A stretch of DNA of 57,959 nt, the filler included, from Sphacelaria rigidula (taxonomy: Eukaryota), in the NCBI GenBank assembly GCA_964200075.2. It is 7 parts of 7 records of this genome, joined end to end, with 100 filler letters (N's around TTAATTAATTAA, not from the genome) between each part and the next. Parts side by side here need not be neighbours in the genome. Positions count along the whole stretch, not along the records: positions 49,766 to 57,959 come from CAXNAA020011959.1; 6 more parts are not named here. One strand, written 5' to 3'. This document shows, piece by piece, positions 49,766-57,959 of this stretch (position 1 is the stretch's first letter; every line of letters begins with the position of its first letter). Under the pieces are notes generated by a model. That model did no database searches, was not told where the DNA came from, and saw only the letters and a program-made list of their open reading frames with translations. The position numbers and the translations under genes were made by a program.

Positions 49766-50787
49766 TACCTGTCGCGGGGCGCAACATGATTGCCAAGCGT
49801 CATCCGCGTAGCTAGTCGCTGTGTGTTGTTTGCTTGTGGGGGGCGGGGGGAAGGGGGGGGGAGGGGGGTGACCTATAATAATAGCTTCTTGGCAAATGAC
49901 ACATGGATTGATCCAGTTTCGAATTTCCCGGGCTGCAACAGAAAAAGACGGAGGTCGTTGTAGCCAGCCCTCTACGGTTCGTACCACCACAGGACGGGTT
50001 CTGTGTACATGTGACCGATCAATATTCCTCAAGATGAACGGTTTCTCAGAACCCATACCAGCACAGGGGCATGATAATGAGATGCGTAACGAAGTGCTCA
50101 ACTGCCGGGTAGGAAGTTCATCATACGAGTATGCATGCATGAACGGGTCCAAAATACGGATTAATTTTTATATGTCTGATAATTTGGAAGCTCCAACGGT
50201 AAAGAACGAAAGACCAGTAAAAATACCAGAGGATCGGGACATGGAGATACGGCGGGTCAAACAGCAATTAATCTTAATAGGCGGACATCAATGCGTTGCA
50301 CTCCTGACCGTAGCTACTCCCTCTGTGTATGGGAACGTACACTGCGATGAACGTTTGATTCTTTGGAACGGAAACCGGTCGGTAGAGGACCGTTCGATTG
50401 TATGTCAGAATCGGAACAACCTCCGTTTGATAGGGGGCAATGCGCGATGCGAGTTATTGAATGAGTGCGCATATTAGATGGATGATTTGTGAAATTAAAG
50501 CCTGATGCAGGTAGCTTGACCAACCGAATGTATACATTCGGTACTGGGTATCGTAGGGTACTCGCAAATGTCAGGTCCAGACCTCACCTTAAGGTATCGT
50601 ACACTAGCGTTGGATACCTCTTCCGATTATCGTCGAGGAGGATGTCAATCCATGTGTCATTTGCCAAGAAGCTATTATAGGTCACCCCCCTCCCCCCCCC
50701 TTCCCCCCGCCCCCCACAAGCAAACAACACACAGCGACTAGCTACGCGGATGACGCTTGGCAATCATGTTGCGCCCCGCGACAGGTA
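49766..50787. repeat. Near-perfect ~145-bp inverted repeats (49766-49911, 50645-50787) around a ~730-bp spacer
   Basis: tacctgtcgcggggcgcaacatgattgcc...acacatggattga is reverse-complementary to tcaatccatgtgt...gcgccccgcgacaggta apart from a 3-bp indel. The left arm starts exactly at the contig edge. Confidence 0.92.
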
Positions 50788-52189
50788 TGTGGCATGTCAT
50801 ATGTTTCGCTGTACCGCTTGATGAAGGGATTAAACTGGTTTGCATGATCATCGCGGAGTAATGTTGGAGAGGTGTGGTGTCGATTCTCTTGTCACAGCAG
50901 GGTATGTATTCCTGTGGTCAGCCTTTGATCCATGTTGCAGAGTCAAGTTGGTAGCTGCGAATGACCGACGTGGATTTTGCATAGGTCTGTAGAGCGCTGG
51001 TATCTGGCATGATCGTCTGCAACATGGAGAAGCTATGTGTCGCTTCGTTCATCACGCTGCGCGTTTCGCTCGAAACAGCCAAGATTTTGTTGATGATCCT
51101 GCTCGTCGCGCGCAAATGATTCTACAATGAACTTGGAGCTACCTGACAACATAAATACCCTTGCCCCCCTCCCACGCCCGCCGTTGGACACGGTACAAAT
51201 AGTCTGTACGTGTTCTTGTACAGTATAATATTTGATACATCAGCCAACTGTTGAGAGCATCGTCTAATACGCACCGCTTCTTCCCCTCTGCTGTCTTCAT
51301 CCATGAGCTATTAATAGATGGACCTCACCGACGGAGACATCATCAAGCCTTGACAAGGTCCCGTTCGGCCGCAGGATGAGCACCTGGTCACCTACTCAGC
51401 CATGCGGCTACTCACCACCTACACACACTACAGATGTACGTACCCTGTTACGCGGATTTCGAGATGGCGGCCTAACTTCGGTACTGCTGTACCATACTGG
51501 CCGCGCCGATTTTGTACTGAACTTGCTTACTGTAATAAGGATAGGCATGGACAGGCTCCACACACCTTCCTCGATAGATCAATGTGCTGCAAGCTATGCA
51601 CAAGGTACAATGATGTGTCCGAGAGATATGTGTTTCCACACACAGGTTCACGTGACTGGTGGTCAACAGTAGCAAACAAACAAAGGGAGCTTGAAGGGTT
51701 GATATCTTGTAATTCTCGCTTATTATTCTCTTGCTCGCCTAGCGTACTGTTCTCACCAAAGGTAAGCAGTAGTATTATGGATCGCGGCGTAATGGTGGGA
51801 AAGTAGTACGACGATGAGCCCAGCTATTCGACTGATGCGCTCGGAGGGCTAGTTGATGTGACCTACGGGTATTCCAACCAGAGGAGAGGGAGTGGTGTCC
51901 GTTGTAACGGTTACAGACACGCCTCCGTGCGCGCAGTGGTTTCATTACGCTGTGCAACCCTTGGTTTTACTCTCTTGACGATGAGCAAACAACGAGCGAA
52001 GAGCTTATGTGAATGTATTGATGAGGCTATCAAAACCACCACCACGAAAGAGAAACTGAATCGCTTCTGGAGCTGTGATCACTGTACTGTGTTGGACATG
52101 TTTCCTCTTGCTATGCTTTTGCGGGTTGGTCGCTGAACACGGTGAGACAACACAGTACGGATCCCTGAACTATACTCGGTACGTTCGTA

Positions 52190-52922
52190 TGTGATGAAGG
52201 TCGTCATGATAGTAAATTCATGAATTCAGTGCACAAGCAGATGTGCAGTTGAGGCATGTTCCGGCATAATCAACATGATATATTAGTCATCACGTATTTG
52301 CATGCGCATGAAATGACTCAAGTGGATGCTTGCTCGAGACCACAAGACATACCGCCTTTCTGTAAGCCAGTTGCGATGCCTAATGCCGGGAACCCCAACA
52401 CTTTACGTTCTGTTTGTAACAGTAGGAGCAGATGGTCCAGCTCGGAGGGCAGCTCAAAGAGTGACCGAGGATGCATGCGACGCAACCTATCTGACCTAGG
52501 CCCGAAGGCGTTCCTTCTCATCGGGGCTAGACTAATGCCGAGATAGCCCCCCCACAAAAAGTGCACGGGAGACCGTACGACAAACCGGCTGTGATCCCAG
52601 TATTGGGCTCGTTTGCAGCGATTCCGCCCACATGACCGGGTTGTAGCAGTCCGAAATTAGCTATAACGCCCAAATGAGTCGCGTCGTGAAGCACGAAACC
52701 AGCTCTAACAGCATTTACGATCATCGCCTCCGTGCACTTTTTCGGCCGGTTCGGGGGGGGGCTATCTCGGCAGTAGTCGCTAGGGTACACAAGTCTGTAC
52801 GCCAAACTCCCCCAGAACGATGGGAGCATTCCCATGGATAGAACGGATGATCTATAAGCCAACCTGCCCCAAAAATGTCTGAAAGGACAAATGACGCCTC
52901 TCTATTGTCCTTTCTCCTGACA
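52190..52922 (-). repeat. Possible 3' LTR of the Gypsy element
   Basis: On the minus strand, purine-rich gggtgagtgag directly precedes TGTCAGG at 52922. The distal CA end is a guess and no second LTR is available to confirm. Confidence 0.35.
52530..52778. mobile_element. 249-bp MITE with GAC..GTC ends and 4-bp TSD GCTA
   Basis: gactaatgccgagatagccccccc..aaaaagtgcacgg / ccgtgcacttttt..gggggggctatctcggcagtagtc; GCTA at 52526-52529 and 52779-52782. Confidence 0.82.
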
Positions 52923-53759
52923 CTCACTCACCCAGACAAACCTCTATTTGAGTTGCGATGAAATCTCAAGAAAAACTAAATTGAGGCTTGTCTCACCCAT
53001 CAAGTCATGATGAGATAACGCGAAAACAAAACAAAACAAGAGGGTAATGATCAGCCCATGCCCGACCCTCCCACACCTCAAACGAGAAAAACCCAAGGTG
53101 CCTCAAAAAGCGCAATTACACAATTGCGGTTGACTGCGCAGTAGCACACAATGCTGCTGCGAGCTAGCGAACAGACGGGAAAAGTACACAATGATTTGAC
53201 GCGCTAGCTAGATAAAAAGCAAAGGAAGACCTCGCAAAGGACACAGTGACAATCTTAAGCAGGAAAACAGAAACTCGAGAACCCGAATAGGGCCGAGTGC
53301 CAGCCAGACAAAGTGGTGGCCGCGTAGAGGCCGATGGAAGGGGGCGAAGGGGATCCAAAGGAAGGCGTCGAAGGGGTCGATGAGAGCAGAGATGAGCCGT
53401 GGTAGGAGAGCCGTAGGAGGTGAAGCAGTGAAGAGGAGAGCGTACCTGAGTGAGGATAAGGAAAGTACCAGAACCAAACTGGGAGGGGAGAAAAAAATCG
53501 CGATGAAGGGAGTGCAAAGAGATAGGGCTCAAGATGGTCCATTGATGTCGTGTGTACGATTGATACTGCGCTGAAGGCCTCGACGTAGGCCGTGTGCCTT
53601 GAAGCGTTGTAGGCACCAGGAACCACGGGGTGCGGAGGGGCTAGTCGTGTAGAAATCGGGGCGGAGCTTGAGCTGAACGGGCCCAGGGTCGTCGAGGAAA
53701 CGCACGATGTACGTGTCAGCTGCGAGGGCATCGACGGAGTGGATCTGACCTAGCCACCA

Positions 53760-56640
53760 GAGGTAATCGCTGCCTTTCTACCACAAATAGGCACCTTCAG
53801 GGAGCGGTTGTTGTTTTGCGCGAATCTTTTCGCCCCATTGTTTGGTGGGTAAGAGTTCGTAACCATCGGCGACAAACCGAAATCCTTTGCCGCGGTGGAG
53901 TTCGCGGGCTGCAGCACCGCGTCTCATGTTGCGATATCTCTTGTTGTCAGCGAGCTGTTGCTGTGGGGATTGCGTCCAATAGAGAAGGATAGCACAACGG
54001 TGCAGTTGAAGGTCGGACTCGCGTTCTCAAGACGCACGCCGAAGACCTTGCCAGTGTGTCTTGTACATGACAGCAATTTTGCCGCCAGGACCTCGAGTGA
54101 TTTGGTGGCCGGAAATGTGAGACACGGCCAAGCGGAGAGGTTGTTCAGTCACGTCATCGGTGGTAACGTGGTACGGGGGAGATTTCGTTGAGTAGCTGTT
54201 GAGCACGTATTGAGTAAGACCTGCAGGCAGGTATTGAGGCATGTCAGTAGTGTCACACGGGTTCGTGCAAGGCTTGCAAGGTAAATCGAGGTAGAGTAGT
54301 TTGTCGCCAACAGGCTTGACATCTGGAGACGCTGGCGAGGGTCCTACTATGAGAATCTTGAACGGACCCGTAGTGAGGGACAGTTTCGTCTTCAAGACTG
54401 TTGCCTGGGCAATGCGGTCAGCGTCTTGACGGATGGTGGATAAACTGTTGTAGATCCAGACCCAATCGCCGATTTTCCAAGTAGGGCGTTTGTGCATCAA
54501 GTTGTAGAGGGCGGTATTGGACCTTTCAAGGCGTGAGGCGTTGATAGCGTGTTGTTCGCGCACCAAAGTGAAAGTCTTGCGCTGACGAGCCTTGGCGAGG
54601 TCGTGGTAGGACATCTGATCCTGTTCCAGACCTTGGTGACCATCGAAGGTACGTCTTTCGAGAACGGTGATGGGCAGACGAGGGTAGCGTCCAAGATGTA
54701 GCTCGTTGGGCGAAAGGCCTGTAGCCGCGTTGACCGAATTGTTGTAAGGCAGTATGATATGCGAAAGATGAAGGTCCCAGTTATTCTGGTGGTCGTTGAC
54801 GACCATGGAGAGCATTTGAGCCGTAGTATGGTTCCACGTTCAGTTCCACCGTTACCGTTAGGGTGTTAGGTGCTCGTGGCAATTTTGCGAATGCCGAGGA
54901 GCTTGTACAAAGCATCCGAGAGTTCGGAGCAAAATTGTTGACCATTGTCAGAGAGAAGCCGTTTCGGGCAGCCGTAGTGCTTAATGTAGTCATGGACGAG
55001 AATGTCCGCTGTGCCGGCAGCAGTGAAATCGCTAGCAGTTACAGCGTACATAGCCGCGTGACGGCTGAAGCGATCGGTGAAGAGCAGAATGTAGGTATTA
55101 CCACGGTCAGTGGTGGGTAAAGGGCCGAAGTAGTCAAATGATACGAAGTGACCAGGAGCGTTTGGAAGCTCCATGGAAATCACCGGCCATCGTATAGCCT
55201 GTCGAGAGGTTTTGCGAGCCTGACATTTGAAACATCGTCGGATCCAAAAACGCGTGGATGCTTCCATGCCGATCCACCAATAAAAACGCTCAAGGAGCGC
55301 TAACGTGCGCGTGACGCCTAAGTGGCAGGACAAATCAGAGTGACAGCCCTTCATGACCCACGGGCGCATCATGGTAGGGACATAGATGCGGATAGGAGCG
55401 TCATGACGCATATGTGCCGGAGTGTGGCAGGTATTACTGCGGCAGCCGTGCTCAAATGGGAGTTTGGTCGGCGAACAAGCAAATGGACGTCGTCGTCAGT
55501 CGCGAAGATAATACCTCTTTGCGTGCAAGCTCGAGCACTTCAGAGGCGGTGGGGGCAGGAAGAGTGCCCACAAGAGTCAGGATCTCAGCCGGGAAAGGGG
55601 TGGGGCAGTTAAGCCGTAAGTACCTCATTGTCGCGCGACAAAGCGGATCCTTTTGTTGGTCGCGAGCCCAATCGCGGTGAGAGTAGCTAGCGAGAAATTC
55701 TCGAAGTTGTCCTTCAGCCGGAGAGCCGACCAAACATGGTGGCTCAGGAGGGGGTGGCACAGGTGAGGAAGCAGGGGTGACGACGTCAACATTTTGGTCC
55801 GGAAGCGGATCTGACGCATGGGGATCGCGAGTGCGTTGAAAGCAGCCAGGTGCTGTGGCAGCGCCTTGTGGCATACGAAGCCATTCATAAAGCCCTGAAG
55901 ATGTACAGAACGCTGTCAAGGGAACTGTATATCGGGATGAATTGCGTTTTGGAAAAATCCAGATGCGAGATCGAAAGTGCTGAATATTTTTCTTTCGCCG
56001 AGAAAGTCGAAGACTTCGTCGATGCGAGGTATGGGGGGTTTTCCCACGACAGTGGCGCGGTTCAGCCGTTTGTAATTCACGGTGATGCGTACGTTGCCAT
56101 CTTTTTGGGGGACGACCACGAGGGGTGAGGCCCATGGCGAAGACGAGTGTTGAATCAGACCAGCTCCTAAGTATGCATCCAAAATAGCATTGACGTTTTT
56201 GGTGAGGAGGGAATTCGTTCGATATGGTCGAGATGAGATTGGCGAAACGCCAGGTTGGAGGGTTATCTCGAATGGCAATGTTTTACAGTGCCCGAGATCC
56301 GTTTTGGATCGGGAAAATCTGTCCTGATATTCCAGGAGAACATCTTGTAACTCTTGGATGACAGCGGGCTCCCAGCCCGGACCATGTAGGTCGAAATGGA
56401 TATCACGCAAATGAGGTGGAAGTTGGTTCCACATTTGCAGGAAGTGTTCCCGAGACTCAACCGATAAGCGTTGAAGCACTGCATCAGGAGGTTCAGCAGG
56501 TGTTCGGTCGGATTCTACCGCAGAAATCCGAGTCGGGGGTGAGGGGGATAGATCAAAGTATGGCTCATCAACGCAGTAAACATAACCATCAGTCGGCAGT
56601 GTGGGACCAGGCGCCGGGGGGTCGGCTACACAGGTATCCA
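53760..56640 (-). mobile_element. Ty3/Gypsy pol remnant: N-terminal RT, internal deletion, integrase, chromodomain-like tail
   Basis: SSSPWASPLVVV..DGNVRITVNYKRLN...FDLASGFFQ / TAFCT..GLYEWLRMPQG; integrase HHCC (CH....CHLGVTRT...CFKCQ), SFDYFGP, LSDNGQQF, GGTER; tail ISGHQITRG...YKTHWQG. Stops and frameshifts; YxDD and RNase H absent. Confidence 0.95.
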
Positions 56641-57959
56641 GAGGAAGTAAGAGTAAATGGTTTTGGAGGAAGTGATGAAAGAAAACGCTGACGGCGCAAA
56701 TGTTTGTAAGGAGGAAGGGCCGAGAGGAGGAATACTTTCTTCGGTTGCGTCATATTATATTGAAAAGGTAGAAATGGACGCTAAACACCAGAGTACAATA
56801 GGTGGATGTAAGAAAAGCAGGTAGCGCAAGCTCGAAATGCAAGTACCGAAAAATTGAGCGGTAAAGACTACATAATTTATAAAGGTGGGTATACCGAAGT
56901 ACAGTCACCTGCTGTGATAATAACAATCAGCGAAATCTCGGCAATTTTCGAGTAACGAAAGGGCAGACAGCAGGGCAAAAAGATGAAGAACTGAAGCTAA
57001 ACGCCAAAAAGAGAGGAACTGCGGCAGAAATACGACACCTGTAGAGGAAACCGTGTATGGGGGACCGCAAGGAGGTGCACTGAAGGTGTACCACAGGTAT
57101 AAATAGTCGCAAAGGAACAAACTTACCGACAAAACTAATAGTTTTCGCAAGAAAGGTTTGGTGAAAGAGCAAAACCTAACAATGAGGCGACTGTGAAAGG
57201 AGGCAGACACCGGGACAGATGTCCGACAGGCGCACTGTGCACGTCAAATACAACAGGAGTACTTCAGTGGCCAGGCACACACTGCACAAGGGTACTTCAA
57301 TGATGCAAGGAAGACACCGCACACAGGAGGTGTAGAAAAACGCAACTCGAGATCGCGAAGGTAGACATGAAGACTAGTGTAGATCACGTGGCCAAAGTGA
57401 AGGCGATGTGTAAATAGTTTTGGAATTCAATACAGAAAGAGAATCAAAAGGGCGGCAGCGAGGGTGCGAAAAACTGAAGTCAAGTGCAGGGGTCCAAGAG
57501 GAGACAGTCGTAGCAGCCGACTGAAACACTAATGGTGGTGCAGATCAGGCGCCAAACTGAAAAGAATGCAGGGGGGTACGAAATTTCTCAACAAAAACAA
57601 CAGTAAATCGTAAAACGAACCAGGTAGTACAGCGCCAAAGAGGAAGAAGGTGGATAACGTAGGATACAACCAAAGGGTGGATCCGCAGTACAAAACCGAA
57701 AGAGAAAATGTGCCACGTAGTACAAACACGAGAGATGAAAAACTTATCCGCACTACACACACAAAAGATGAAAAGCGTGTCGCGTAATACACAACCCAAA
57801 GATGAAAAGTGGATTGCGTAGTGCACACCCAGGGGGAAAACGTAGAAGCGGGGCTGGGGTGTTAACATCAAATTGTGCGAATTGAGGTTTAACTTTGAGA
57901 TGAGGTTCAAGCCTAAAACAGTGCCTCCTCCACACTTTCAGCGATGGTGCCCAATGACG

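Noticed and set aside
1..57959. Endogenous giant virus, Polinton or prokaryotic defence system
   Set aside because: No capsid, polB, packaging ATPase, cas or operon-like gene-dense segment is recognisable.

Overview
Eukaryotic, transposon-rich DNA, most likely a brown alga (Phaeophyceae). The taxon is inferred from the RTE-type LINE, tyrosine-recombinase retroelement and Gypsy protein styles, familiar dispersed repeats, TTAGGG-type motifs and long GT-AG introns. The window is not one locus. It is seven pieces of almost identical length (8195, then six of 8194 bp) joined by six 100-bp N spacers carrying TTAATTAATTAA, as in a size-sorted pseudo-scaffold of unplaced contigs, so adjacency across spacers is meaningless. 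Piece 1 (1-8195): a ~634-bp inverted repeat pair, a 174-bp tandem repeat, a full-length tRNA-derived SINE and a TG..CA MITE. Piece 2 (8296-16489): SINE fragments, a foldback-like repeat pair and a nest of three MITEs inside an 8-bp TSD. Piece 3 (16590-24783): a degenerate DIRS/Ngaro-class retrotransposon (gag, RT, RNase H, YR; minus strand) with a 293-nt hairpin in front of gag and a 538-bp insertion in YR. Piece 4 (24884-33077): a second SINE family and the first two exons of an EF-hand, FAP85/TEX49-like gene. Piece 5 (33178-41371): an apparently complete two-exon gene for a secreted Cys-rich protein, and a SINE interrupted by a GATC-rich insert. Piece 6 (41472-49665): a copia RT fragment, the first exon of an ABCD-like transporter and an RTE LINE remnant. 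Piece 7 (49766-57959): a near-perfect inverted-repeat cassette and an internally deleted Gypsy element. Most ORFs in the supplied track are spurious. I cannot demonstrate a new system; the best leads are the retroelement leader hairpin, the composite MITE and the orphan secreted protein gene beside a hAT-like end.
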